This document shows, piece by piece, positions 50,523-62,614 of a DNA stretch of 64,000 bases. The stretch is from an uncultured Candidatus Saccharibacteria bacterium (GTDB taxonomy: Bacteria > Patescibacteriota > Dojkabacteria > JAOAGR01). The DNA is taken from assembly GCA_964503755.1 (NCBI GenBank), contig CAZDBO010000001.1:13933-77932 (forward strand), written 5' to 3'. Made by a program: the position numbers and the translations under genes. Positions within the stretch are counted from its first letter, which is position 1. Each line of letters opens with the position of its first letter. The notes under the pieces are model-generated. The model was not told the DNA's origin and ran no database searches. It saw only the letters and a list, made by a program, of their open reading frames with translations.

Positions 50523-51560
50523 ATGAAAATATTAGTCACTGGTGGAGCTGGGTATATAGCTTCACATGTGATCAAATATATTCTTTGTGATACTAATCAA
50601 GGAGTAGATATTGTTGTTTTAGATAACTTATCGACTGGAAGTAAGTATATCGTAGATGAGTTAAATAAGATTGCCGAGGAAAATCTTAAATCATTCGAAT
50701 TTTATTTAGGTGATGTTTCAGATATTTCTTTTGTAGAGAATTTGTTGGAGAAATATAAGTTTGATGTGATAATGCATTTTGCAGCAAGTCTGATAGTGCC
50801 TGAGAGTGTATCTGATCCATTAAAGTACTATTACAACAACGTTATTAATACTATAAGACTTATTGATATATCGATCAAACATAAAATTAAGTACTTTTTA
50901 TTTTCTTCTACAGCATCTCAGTATTCAAACGACAATGTAACGTATGGAGATAAATTTAGAGAGGATCATCCTATAAATCCTTTAAATCCATATGCACGTA
51001 CAAAAAATATGTGTGAGAATATTATCAAAGATTGTTCTCATGCGTATGGTATAAAGTATGTGATTTTAAGATATTTCAATGTTGCAGGAGCCGATATGGA
51101 AAATCGTATAGGTCAATGTACGCCCAATAGTACGCATTTGGTAAAAGTAGCCACACAAACAGCACTGGGTATTAGGAATAAGATAACTGTTTTTGGTACA
51201 GATTATCCAACACCGGATGGAACGTGTATTAGAGACTATATACATGTAGATGATCTTGCATCGGCTCATGTTTGCGCTTTGAATTATGTTATTTCTACTA
51301 ATGAAAGTGAATTATTTAATTGTGGATATGGCAAAGGATATTCTGTAAAGGAAGTTGTTGAAACTATGAAAATACTTACAGGGATAGATTTTCCTGTTGA
51401 GTTTGGTGAAAGAAGAGCTGGGGATCCAGCTTATTCTGTTGCTGATCCTTCAAAACTAAAAACGCTCGCCGGATGGCAGCCTAAATACGATGATATATCG
51501 ATAATTTGCAAAAGTGCATACGATTGGGAAAAGAAACTTACTGATTTAGGACAGAATTAG
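50523..51560 (+). CDS. galE: UDP-glucose 4-epimerase
   Basis: TGGAGYIASH Rossmann, YARTKNMCE YxxxK, GalE length. Confidence 0.85.
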   Translation: MKILVTGGAGYIASHVIKYILCDTNQGVDIVVLDNLSTGSKYIVDELNKIAEENLKSFEFYLGDVSDISFVENLLEKYKFDVIMHFAASLIVPESVSDPLKYYYNNVINTIRLIDISIKHKIKYFLFSSTASQYSNDNVTYGDKFREDHPINPLNPYARTKNMCENIIKDCSHAYGIKYVILRYFNVAGADMENRIGQCTPNSTHLVKVATQTALGIRNKITVFGTDYPTPDGTCIRDYIHVDDLASAHVCALNYVISTNESELFNCGYGKGYSVKEVVETMKILTGIDFPVEFGERRAGDPAYSVADPSKLKTLAGWQPKYDDISIICKSAYDWEKKLTDLGQN

Positions 51561-51705
51561 TTTGTTAGTTTGTATTTATTCATACCTTTTTAAAAATTCG
51601 TCTTAGAATAATTCTTAATTTTGTTATAAAGAAAAAATGTTACTATTCATGAATTCACTTTATTTATGTATGAATAATAAATTAAAGATCCTTAATCAAT
51701 TATCT

Positions 51706-53106
51706 TTATTTACTAAAAAAATTGGTAGAAAACTTTATTCCCTTAATTAAATATTCAATATCAAAATTTTCATCTACGCCATGCATATTACAATCCTCAT
51801 TTGCAAGTGGGATCATGACTAATGGAACATTTAATGTGTTATAAAAATAATTTGTTATTGGTAAACTTCCACCAACATACTTATAAATCACTTTTTCTCC
51901 CCACACATCTTCTAATACTGATTTGGCCTGATCCACAAACTTATTATTTATATCAATCTTTAGTGCTTCATTAGAGCCGTCCATCTCGAATGAAAACTCA
52001 GCATATGATGGAAGGTTCTCTCTAACAAAATTCTTGAATTTTTCAAATAATTCTTGTGCTGTTTGGCTAGAAACCAACCTAAAATTGATCTTAGCGGTAG
52101 CCTTATACGGAATGGCATTTTTGTATCCCTCACCTGTATATCCACCTGTTATTCCTGTTACTTCAATACAGGGATACAATCCGGTTTGAGTATGGAAATC
52201 ATTATTATCAAAAAGTATTATATCTTTTCTTGTTGTGATATGTTTATATTCGTCTAGATCAAATGGAATGCTGGTATTATTTTTTTTGACTTCATAAGTA
52301 ATAGGATCAACATTTTCATAATAGTTAGGAATAAGTACTTTATTATGTTCGTCGTGTATTTTTGATATTAAATTAGCTAAAACATGTATTGCATTTGGCG
52401 CAGTACTGCCATAAATACCAGAGTGCAGGTCTTGATTTCCTACTTTTATTTCCAATTTAGCGTTAAATGTACCTCTAAATCCTACTTCGATATTCGGTCT
52501 TTTTGCAGATATTTCACCATCAGAGATCAGTACAAAATCGCAACTTAAAATTTCTTTATTTTCTTCAATAAATCTTTTTATATTTGGTGATCCGGATTCT
52601 TCGTTGCCTTCTATTAAAAATTTGACATTATATTTTAATTGATTTGTTTGAATTAGCTTGAATATAGTCGCAATATGGATAAGTATTTGTCCTTTGTTAT
52701 CAACAGCACCACGAGCAATTATTCTATTATTCGTTTCTGTCACTGAGAAAGGATCTGATGACCAACCGTCATTTATATCAGCTGGCTGTACATCATAATG
52801 TCCATAGATAAGTACTGTCGGAAAATTTTCATTCTGATAAAATTCTGCCAAAACTAGAGGATTATCATATCCTTTTGTGATTCTTGAATTAAAATGATTA
52901 GATAAAAATAATTGATTTAACCAATCGGAAGTAGAATCTATCTCGTTTTGGTATTCTTGATTTGTAGAAACACTTCTAAACTTTATGAATTCTTGAAGCA
53001 ATTTTTTGTATTCTTGAAAAATTTCACTGATAAATGATTGCTTATCCATGATTATTTGTTTATTTTGAATTATTAGGATTGTAATTAAAGTAGGGAAGTA
53101 TGTCAA
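51706..53106 (-). CDS. M20-family metallopeptidase (dipeptidase/ArgE-DapE-like)
   Basis: GHYDVQPA, ARGAVDNKGQ and EGNEESGS motifs typical of M20 peptidases. Confidence 0.75.
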   Translation of the reverse strand: MTYFPTLITILIIQNKQIIMDKQSFISEIFQEYKKLLQEFIKFRSVSTNQEYQNEIDSTSDWLNQLFLSNHFNSRITKGYDNPLVLAEFYQNENFPTVLIYGHYDVQPADINDGWSSDPFSVTETNNRIIARGAVDNKGQILIHIATIFKLIQTNQLKYNVKFLIEGNEESGSPNIKRFIEENKEILSCDFVLISDGEISAKRPNIEVGFRGTFNAKLEIKVGNQDLHSGIYGSTAPNAIHVLANLISKIHDEHNKVLIPNYYENVDPITYEVKKNNTSIPFDLDEYKHITTRKDIILFDNNDFHTQTGLYPCIEVTGITGGYTGEGYKNAIPYKATAKINFRLVSSQTAQELFEKFKNFVRENLPSYAEFSFEMDGSNEALKIDINNKFVDQAKSVLEDVWGEKVIYKYVGGSLPITNYFYNTLNVPLVMIPLANEDCNMHGVDENFDIEYLIKGIKFSTNFFSK

Positions 53107-53132
53107 AATTTTACTTATATATTAAATAATAC

Positions 53133-53684
53133 TCAAGAATGATTTTTTGGCCAGATTAAGAATTTATCTAAATGAATCTTAAGTATATAAGACGTGAAAG
53201 CATTATTGGTGGATTCAACAAAGAGTTCTTTTCTTGTGATTAATGAGTTTAGTACGGTTTGTAATATTTGATCATTATCATTATTTTCTTTTGCATATTG
53301 GCGTATGGCAATTCCAAATTGTTCTCCATTTTTTACTTCTTCAGATACTCTTTTTGGTAATTGTGTTTTGCCACTTATGCCTAAAAAGTATTGACCGGTT
53401 CTATCTAAAATCAATGTTACACAAACTAAAAAATAATTATCATCAATTAGAGCTAATCCAGCTTCCATACCCACACCGATATCTGCATCTGTATCATGTG
53501 ATAGAGCAGCTCTAGCTCTATTTTTAGCTCCAGTAATAGTGATAAATTCATCTAATGGTTGATCTGGTATGTCTGATGGAACATCGTATCCTGTTAAATT
53601 TGCAGCTATGTTGAGATCTTTTCAGGTATCTAAAAGTATTTGTTTTTTGTCTTTTGAGGTGGTACCTAGTGCAATTTTCATCAT
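53133..53684 (-). pseudogene. YjjX-like inosine/xanthosine triphosphatase (Maf/Ham1 superfamily) with an in-frame TGA
   Basis: Conceptual translation MMKIALGTTSKDKKQILLDT*KDL...ITITGAKNRA...VGMEAGLALIDDNYFLVCVTLILDRTGQYFLGIS resembles YjjX (…RAGARNR…IEAGID…FSWVVIE…). TGA at 53622-53624. Confidence 0.55.
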
Positions 53685-53766
53685 TTTATAAATTATATAT
53701 AATTAATTTTCTATTTCAATCTAATTTGATATTCGAAGAATAACCAATTATAGATAAACTAACCTA

Positions 53767-54932
53767 TCATTTCATTCGAATTGGGTTATTGATGATATAT
53801 GGATTGTAAATACTATAGTTTGAATAATTAGGAAACGGCTTTATAATTATATCCCTTATTATTGAGTTGATAACCATTGAAAAAATAGACATCACTAAAT
53901 AGATTAAAATTAATGTCGTTGCATTTTTTACATAATTACTATTTACAAGAAATACCAGTATTGTTACTATTGGTAATGAAGAGAGAAAATATATCAAAAA
54001 CTTTTTTAGGCCCGTTTTAATCTTTACATAGATATTAGATATATTACTTTTTGGTTTGTTATTTATTAAATCTATTATTTGAAAAATAGTTTCAACCGTT
54101 GAATATAAAAATAAAAATGTAATAAACAAAGCTAAAATTCTTGTTGGCCAAACTTTATTAATATATTCATCGTGAAATACTTTGATGGGATCTTGATTTG
54201 AAAACTCTATATATTTTATTGTTTTCATTAATTATATAAGGTTCAATATATTTGCCGTTTAATTTGCCAAATAGATTTCCTTCGAAGCCTGTATACAAAA
54301 CATAATAACTAATGCGTATATCGCCATGCTCTAGATTTTCTGGAGTACCACTTGGACTGTTGTGAATGAATATATAATTCTCGTTCATTAAGATAGCTCT
54401 TTTATCTAGGTTTAAGATGTCAAGACTAAGTTTTAACTAGGTAAATTCGGGTAGGGTTATATTTTTAGGGTCAAATTTGTATAGGCTAATTTTAACTTCT
54501 GAAACGAAATACTTGGAACTGTCAATTATTTTAGTAGAATTGAATGAATTGTATATCCTTCCTTCACTTCTTCACGCCAATCTAAAGTTAATCTATAACC
54601 ACTTTTCCTATTTCCTATTACGGACCAAGAGTACATTTCTGCTTTTCCATATATTGCTAAATATTTATCTGGCTTTAAATAAAGATCGTCTCCAATAAGT
54701 TGTTGAGTTTCAATCTTACCTTTGTAGATACTAATTTGTTATTTAAGTGAGAATTTTGATTTGGATTTGATGAAGAAATATCAATAGCGTACTTTGCTAT
54801 TTCAAATAGATGAATATTTAGTTCATTATTAAACATCCAGTATACCGAAGCTCCACCAAAAGCAAATACAATTGGCATTACTACAATGAAAGTAATCAAT
54901 TTGATTAAAATATTACACCCAAAAAATTTCAT
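53767..54932 (-). pseudogene. Membrane-protein family gene, copy B (disrupted); paralog of 55398-56470
   Basis: Fragments 54675-54932, 54167-54388 and 53767-54228 plus intervening frames align colinearly with copy A (e.g. IGDDLYLKPDKYLAIYGKAEMYSW vs IGDELFLLPDKYIVVKRKVEMYSW; GTPENLEHGDIRISYYVL vs GTPDNPKVGDIRIIYYII). Interrupted by TAA/TAG codons and frame changes. Confidence 0.55.
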
Positions 54933-55397
54933 GAGAGTATTTTAAATAAAATAAATTATTAAAGTAAAATTTAAATGAATATTCCGTTTTGCAGCATTGT
55001 AAAATTTATCTTGATTTTAAAGTTTATGTACAAGTGGTTTGAAAAATTTTATTCTAATCTATAAATTAAGTTTTTATTTTAGTTGGAATCTAAGACAAAC
55101 TCTTTAAAAGATTGTTATGTGACATGGATTATTTTGAATTTGTGATACAAATTGAATTTTAAAAATATGAGACATCAAGAGTTTTTTAATTTTATAAATA
55201 ATTCAATATTAGATTCTTGCTGATAAATTAGTATATTGTCCTAATTTTTATTCATTAACGCGGAAATAGGAGTTATTGTGAAACGAGATACAAAATGCTC
55301 CGCTATTTTAATGTTTATGATCGAACAAATAGGTGATGTGATAAATAATAAAAATAACCAAAATACAAAGTTATAAAATAGTTTATATAAAAAACTA

Positions 55398-56470
55398 TCA
55401 ATATTTGCAGCAATAGGGTAGTAGAAATAGTAATGATAAGTCAATTATTATGCTTTTGTAATATGGTAATTTAAGAAAAGGATTTTTATTTCTATCCAAA
55501 TTGAAACATATAAATACAGTTGTGCTTACGGTCAAGAAATATAGAATAAAGAATAATGCGGAATTAATTTCGAACTGGTCAGTGATATATTCATTTTCCA
55601 TAATGTTGATTGCTTGCTTATAAGTACCTACAAATAATCTATAGAAAAAGGTTTTTTGTTTATCATCATAAAAAGGTACAACATAATCTTTATTTAATTC
55701 TCCAAAAATAGTTACTAGTGTATCTGGATATATTATATAATAAATAATACGTATATCACCTACTTTTGGATTGTCTGGTGTTCCATCCTTATATTACGTA
55801 TATAAATGTAAGTATTATCCAATAGAATTATTTCATCTGGTATATTTGGGTTTTCTAAATCTAGCTTATCGGGGTATAGTGTTAAGCGTTCTAATCCTGT
55901 AATTTCTAGATTTTTGGGATTAAATTTGTATTGTCCAATGTATGCTTCTTCAACAGTGTTTGTAAAACTTTCAAATAGTTTTGGTGGATTTTGATATGCT
56001 TTATTGTGGAATCTATATTTGGGAGGACCTTCTAACCATGTAGAATAGTATCAGTATATAGTTTCTTCGATTTTTGTACTATCTTTATAGCTTAATCTTG
56101 TAACTCTAGTTTCTTCTTCGACCCATGAATACATTTCTACTTTTCTTTTTACAACGATATATTTATCAGGGAGTAAAAATAGTTCATCACCTATTATAGA
56201 TCCATCAGATTTGACTATTCCAGTTATATATATGGGTTGTTTATCAACTGAATAATTTGCATAATCAACGGTAGGTGTTATTTGTTTTGCATTTTTTGCA
56301 ATAGTCGCAAAATCTTTTATTTCATATATAAAATAAAGAGTGGTAGCTATCATAATAAAACTGATTATGAAAATCATGATAAATTCTGCTGCGAATTGGG
56401 ATTTGTGGAATGCCGAAATTATATCATTCAGACTTAAACTGCTGTTTGAAACATTTTGAGTATTGTTCAT
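55398..56470 (-). pseudogene. Membrane-protein family gene, copy A (disrupted by in-frame TGA, TAA and a frameshift)
   Basis: ORF 56051-56470 ends at a TGA, after which the same frame stays open for about 75 more codons (YYSTWLEGPPKYRF...). It then shifts frame to ...GTPDNPKVGDIRIIYYII... and ORF 55398-55601. Confidence 0.55.
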
Positions 56471-56559
56471 TGATCGAGTTAAACAGAATATTATCGTAAT
56501 TTTAATGAAAATTTAATTATGGATTTAAAAATTTATTTTCCATGAAATTAGTTAACTCA

Positions 56560-57180
56560 TGTTAACAAATTCTAATCTAAGGACAAAATACTCATCTATG
56601 ATGTAATTTATAGATCAAATCTATCTTTATAATCAAGAGTATCTTTTATTCTAACTCTTTTTCCAGTTTTGGTAGTACTACTTGACAGTCACCTATTACT
56701 AAAAATCTTCGTCACTAAGATAAGATGGTTGATCTGGATTTATGGCAATGATCATATCGTTAGGATTATTTTCTTTGTACGATATTAAAATCCTCTTTCA
56801 TTATAACTTATGCCTATTGTTATGACAAAATCAATATCATTTAACCATTTTGGATTAATATTATATCTTAACCATGGGTCACTGATGAAAAAGGATCTTA
56901 TGCCTGTTTTTCATGTAGATTATCAACATTCTCAGTAAAAATCTGGCATTTTAACTTTATTGCTAGATTTCTAATAGCATAATGAGACGTAGTGGGATCA
57001 GGTTCTAATGTAGATTTAACGGAACTAACACAAGCCTTAATGATCTCACCAGGTGCATCTAGAGCCTGTTTTATAAATTTGTCTATTGGAATGGACATGT
57101 CAATACCAATTAGCTCATATAGCTCTTCCATATCTGGGATTTTGCTAGCTGTTGATATATCAGCACACCTGTATAAAATA
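56560..57180 (-). pseudogene. Sir2-family (sirtuin/CobB-like) NAD-dependent deacylase, heavily decayed
   Basis: Fragment 56898-57131 carries HYAIRNLA and IFTENVDNLHEKQA (PNxxHxALAxL and TQNIDxLH sirtuin motifs). The upstream in-frame segment CADISTASKIPDM is a degenerate GAGIS..SGIPDFR motif. Downstream frames contain many stops. Confidence 0.6.
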
Positions 57181-57381
57181 GAATTCGTTTATTTTTAATT
57201 AATTCTATTAGTTTTTTAATATTAGTTTTTTAATATTGGTTTTTTAGGTTTGGGTGAAATATTTTGGCATAATCCTTGGTAAATACGATGAGAAAGATCT
57301 AGAGGAAATTTGTAAGCAGGTGCTTGAGATACATCACAATTTTCCTTTTTTAATATATCTAAAGTTTCTCCAATTATCTTA

Positions 57382-57848
57382 TTAATCATTTCTCTTTATT
57401 TTTCTCAGATAGGTGATTTTTAGAATATTAAATATTATATCTTTAGTAGAATTATCATGTATTATCTTATTTCTAATAATCTGTTGAAGATCTTGAGATG
57501 GGGCTATTTTATCATCTTTGTTTGGATTAGGTTTATGTTTTGTCGGTTCTTCTTGTAATTGTGTTTTCGGAACACTACCATATTTGAGCACATAAACATA
57601 TCTTTCTTTTTCATTCAATAACCTTTTTTCTACAATAAAATATTTAGTTTCTTCTTCTGTTATTTCGTCTGGTAATGAATCAAAATATTCTAATATATAA
57701 AAAGTTTTTTATCGTTGTAACCAAGAATATATCTACGTGAGTTAGAATAAAATGTGAGTTCCATTTCATGGTATTCTGTTTTGATTTGATCACTTGTAAT
57801 AGGATAGGGTGGTTTAAGTAGAAAATGGTATTTTGATTTTTTTGACAT
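57382..57848 (-). pseudogene. Unknown 155-aa protein gene interrupted by a 1-nt frameshift in a T5/A6 run
   Basis: MSKKSKYHFLLKPPYPITSDQ...GYNDKKLF reads into ...EYFDSLPDEITEEETKYFIVEKRLLNEKERYVYVLKYG (ORF 57382-57618) when one nt is added at about 57695. Confidence 0.4.
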
Positions 57849-57911
57849 GATAAATTGTAACAACTTTCATATAGAAAACTAATGTAAATTTAATTAGTAA
57901 ACTTTAAATAT

Positions 57912-58688
57912 TCAATTATTAATTTCTTTAATTCTAAACATACCCGATTTAACCAATTTTATACTGTTATAATTATTTCGATCTGAGAATTCAAATTGCC
58001 ATATTAAATATACTTCTTCATTTTTAACCTTTTCGAAGAATAAAGTAATTATTCTTTTCTTTGTATGTGTTTGCCATTGTCTATATGGATAGTAGAGTTG
58101 ACGTATTATTACATTGGTAGCATTAAAATTCTTTGCTTATACAAGTACAATTTTGTTTTTACCTTTATATCCTGCATCTACCTCTGTTTGAATACTCGAT
58201 ACTTTTATAAGATGCTTTCCAACGTAAAAATCAAATGTAGGAGTATATTTTCTACCTCTAATTGTCAATACTAAGGTAGGATCATTTGTGAAAGTTCTTA
58301 TTAGGTTTGTAGCATAAGCATAATCTAAATGTTGCATTTCTGAATTTCCTATTTTTGCTGTATCCAAAATAAAATCAAGTTTAGAATTATAAATAATTTC
58401 TTCATTTTTAATATTAGATATGTCTACATAACCTTAACCTCGAATTATGTTATAAAAACCATTTTTAACAGGCAATAAAAAAAGATTATTCTGTACAAAA
58501 ATATCAGGTCTATCTTCACGACTATCTTGTTTACACAGTATTCTGACTTCCTTTTCACCTGTTTTTTTAAAGTTCTGACAAGATCTCTTTATTTGTGATG
58601 CATGGAGGACATATCGAGACTTATCAAAATCATGTTCAAGAATCTTATAGTCTTCAAATATTTTTTGCCATGATTGATTCATTGCCAT
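57912..58688 (-). pseudogene. Type II restriction endonuclease-like gene with two in-frame TAA codons
   Basis: ORFs 58434-58688 and 58137-58367 plus a further roughly 70 codons share one frame separated only by TAA (58434, 58137). Located directly downstream of the MTase remnant. Possible PD-(D/E)xK region ...TEVDAGYKGKNKIVLV. Confidence 0.45.
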
Positions 58689-58693
58689 ATTTT

Positions 58694-59494
<801 letters not shown>

Positions 59495-59622
59495 AATATG
59501 GTTTTTGAATTTTTTATTAATTTAAGTATATATTTATTGTATAGTGCTCATTGATAATTATAATGCATAATTTTACCTTGTTTATTGCATTAAGTAAAAA
59601 TATAATTATCAATTTTTCCATC

Positions 59623-59712
59623 TGGCGGAGAGAGTGGGATTCGAACCCACGGTGCCCAAAAGAGCACACCGCTTTTCGAGAGCGGCACCTTAAACCACTC
59701 GGTCATCTCTCC
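59623..59712 (-). tRNA. tRNA-Ser (anticodon CGA)
   Basis: Reverse complement GGAGAGA-TG-ACC..GGT, anticodon stem CCGCT/AGCGG with loop CTCGAAA, long variable arm, T arm GTGGG-TTCGAAT-CCCAC, discriminator G, CCA. Confidence 0.85.
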
Positions 59713-59735
59713 ATATGCGAATATTTTAACATGAA

Positions 59736-61028
59736 TTAGATAAATAAATTCGTAAGATCTGTTATATTTTTACATGTATTTGAGTCAAAAATGTGTGTGA
59801 AATTCATTTTTTTAGCCTTTTTCAATCTTTTTTCGTGGTTATTAACTTTCCTGATGCTTCCAGTGAGGGATACCTCACCTATGAAACAGGATTTCTTAGG
59901 TAATGGTTTATTTTTAATAGAGCTATATATAGCAGTAATAATAGCAAGATCACTACTTCTGTTGTCTATTTTTATACCACCGACTACATTTACAAAAACA
60001 TCGTATCTTTCCATATTTAATTTTAACTTTTTATCCATTATAGCTATTAGCATTTCTAGTCTTTTTTGATCAACACCGTTAGCAACTCTTTTTGGAAAGT
60101 TGTATGAGGTTTTGGTACATAAGGCCTGTATCTCCAGTAAAAATACTTTTGAACCTTCTGCATAAACTGTTATGGATACTCCTTCTGAATCCGAGTCTCC
60201 AGAAGAAAAAAAAGAATCGATATCTTCAACAACTCTTAATCCTGATTCGGTCATTTCATAAATTTCTATTTCATTTGATGGGCCAAATCTATTTTTAGTG
60301 ATTTTTAATATCCTAAAATCATTGTATTTATCACCTTCAAAATAAATTACAGTATCTACTATGTGTTCTAACATTTTTGGTCCTGCTAATAAGCCGTCTT
60401 TTGTTATTTGGCCGATCATTATAATTGATACTCCAAATTTTTTAGCATATTCAACAATTTTTTCTGCATAAAAACGAATCATATTTGTACTTTGGATCTG
60501 ATATTCAATAGCTGAATCAGTTATTGTCTGTATAGAATCAATAATGATAAGTTTGAATTTTTTACTTTCTATATTCGCTATTATGTTTTGGATATCAGAT
60601 CTATTATCAATCAAAAGGTTTGTGAAATCATTTTCATCTCCTATTCTAAGAGCCCTAAGACTAATCTGATCAGCAGATTCTTCGCCTGAGATATACAACG
60701 TAGGATGTTTTATGTTTTTAATTATTTGAAGCATTAAAGTAGATTTTCCTATACCGGGTTCACCACCAATCAGAATTATTTGATCAGGATGTATTCCTCC
60801 CCCTAGTAAAGCATTAAAACTCTCAAGTGATGTTTTTATTACATCCCGATAATAGATATTTTTTTGTATTTTTATTGAAGATAGATCATTGTTTGTTGAT
60901 GTGGTAGAAATTTTCTCGACATATTCTATAGTATTCCATTCACCACAATTTTGACACTGGCCTTGCCATGCAAGGTAAATAGAACCACAATTTTTGCACT
61001 TAAAACTTGCATTTCTTTTATTTTTCAT
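59736..61028 (-). CDS. radA: DNA repair protein RadA/Sms
   Basis: N-terminal zinc finger CKNCGSIYLAWQGQCQNCGEWNT, Walker A GGEPGIGKSTL, KNRFG motif, Lon-like C-terminal domain. Confidence 0.9.
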   Translation of the reverse strand: MKNKRNASFKCKNCGSIYLAWQGQCQNCGEWNTIEYVEKISTTSTNNDLSSIKIQKNIYYRDVIKTSLESFNALLGGGIHPDQIILIGGEPGIGKSTLMLQIIKNIKHPTLYISGEESADQISLRALRIGDENDFTNLLIDNRSDIQNIIANIESKKFKLIIIDSIQTITDSAIEYQIQSTNMIRFYAEKIVEYAKKFGVSIIMIGQITKDGLLAGPKMLEHIVDTVIYFEGDKYNDFRILKITKNRFGPSNEIEIYEMTESGLRVVEDIDSFFSSGDSDSEGVSITVYAEGSKVFLLEIQALCTKTSYNFPKRVANGVDQKRLEMLIAIMDKKLKLNMERYDVFVNVVGGIKIDNRSSDLAIITAIYSSIKNKPLPKKSCFIGEVSLTGSIRKVNNHEKRLKKAKKMNFTHIFDSNTCKNITDLTNLFI

Positions 61029-61061
61029 TTATAAGAATTTTCTTATTTTATAATATCAGTT

Positions 61062-62576
61062 GTGATAAAACATATTCTAAATTACAAAAGTTTGATTTAT
61101 TTAATCATATTTATTTTATTCTTTCTTGGAGTTTATTTTAGAGTGGCAACCTTTAATAATTATGGATTTTATTTTGATACGGTTTACACTATGTATAATT
61201 GGGCAAAAATAGTTGACGAAAATGGTTATTTTTCTTTTTGGCAGAATTTTGATGTTTTATCGAAAAACTATGAAATTGATTATTTTGACTATTTACCTTT
61301 TAGTATCGGTTATATTTATTTAATTTATATTTTATCTAAAGCAACTAGTTTTATTTTTAATTTAGAATCTCAGTTATCCTTTGTTTTTACGTTAAAGTTT
61401 CTAAACTTTATTTGTGATTTAATATTGATTTATATTATTTATGAACTTTTAAAAAATATTGGTATAAAATCACATATTTTTAGATTACTAATATCGGTTT
61501 TGATTTTCTCATTACCATCAATTTGGAGTATTAGTGTGATGTGGGGACAGTTAGATGTTTTTGTGGTTTTATTAGTGCTTGTTTTATTAAATCGTTTACT
61601 TGGTAAACGCAAAATAACATACTTTGAGAGTTTTTTATGGGGTATTTTTTTTGCCATCTTATTAAACTTTAAGGTACATGTCCTTATTTATTTACCAATA
61701 ATTTTGTATTTATTTGTAAACAATGAATTTGGCTTTCACATTTGGAAAAAGTATGTTTTTATTTGGATTCTTCTTATCGCTAATGTTGTTTTAATAATAG
61801 GTGTCAATATTTTAAACTTACAATCATTAATTTTTATTTTATATCTGTTAGCTTTTATCCTAATTATTTATTTGGCTAGATTTAATGATAGATTCGTTAG
61901 GTTTTCTTCTGGTATGTTTTTAGGGATCATATCTATTTTGAGTGTTTTTTTTAATGTGAATTTTACGCTTTATACTAATAATATATTAGGTTTTATGACA
62001 AAAGAAGATGTTGTATCTATGTATGCGGCAAATCTTTGGTTGGTATTTGGATTTTTGTCTGAAACGCCAACAGTTGATGCTTTTGTATTTGGAATAAATG
62101 TTAAATATTTATTTTGTATTGTTAATCTTTTGTTCATATTATTGTTATTTTATCTTTCATATAAAATAATCAAATTACAAGGGAAAAACTCTAGAAATGT
62201 TTTGGTCTTTATATACTTCATTTATCTAATATTTTTTATTTATACATCAACAAAAATGCATTCAAGATATCTAATTTACGCCATACTTCCTGCAACTGTT
62301 TTTCTATTTATTCTTTATCATAAGAAAATGGATAAAAGTTTATTTGTTGTTTTTGTTATAATAACTAGTATACTTGTTTTATTACATCTTTTATTTTTTT
62401 TGAATCAAGTTTATGTTTTTTTTGACAATTATTCTTACGATAATACTAAGTTTATAGAATCTATAAACTTTTTCTCGTTAGAACAAATTAGTATCTTTTT
62501 ACTCTTTACAATAATAAGTTTGATATATTTTTCACTCAATTTTATTAAAAATGTATACCTTATTAAACAACACTAG
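61062..62576 (+). CDS. Polytopic membrane protein, possibly a GT-C-type glycosyltransferase
   Basis: About 12 predicted TM helices over 504 aa. No motif recognisable with certainty. Confidence 0.3.
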   Translation: MIKHILNYKSLIYLIIFILFFLGVYFRVATFNNYGFYFDTVYTMYNWAKIVDENGYFSFWQNFDVLSKNYEIDYFDYLPFSIGYIYLIYILSKATSFIFNLESQLSFVFTLKFLNFICDLILIYIIYELLKNIGIKSHIFRLLISVLIFSLPSIWSISVMWGQLDVFVVLLVLVLLNRLLGKRKITYFESFLWGIFFAILLNFKVHVLIYLPIILYLFVNNEFGFHIWKKYVFIWILLIANVVLIIGVNILNLQSLIFILYLLAFILIIYLARFNDRFVRFSSGMFLGIISILSVFFNVNFTLYTNNILGFMTKEDVVSMYAANLWLVFGFLSETPTVDAFVFGINVKYLFCIVNLLFILLLFYLSYKIIKLQGKNSRNVLVFIYFIYLIFFIYTSTKMHSRYLIYAILPATVFLFILYHKKMDKSLFVVFVIITSILVLLHLLFFLNQVYVFFDNYSYDNTKFIESINFFSLEQISIFLLFTIISLIYFSLNFIKNVYLIKQH

Positions 62577-62614
62577 TCTTATAAAACATCTTTATTTTCT
62601 GCTAAAATCATTGA

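Noticed and set aside
51960-52257. ORFs 51960-52145 (minus) and 52054-52257 (plus) and similar small overlapping ORFs at 45078-45290, 51066-51269, 30464-30922 and 33091-33294
   Set aside because: All are embedded in or antisense to well-supported long CDSs (M20 peptidase, DAHPS-like, galE, surface proteins). They are frame artefacts.
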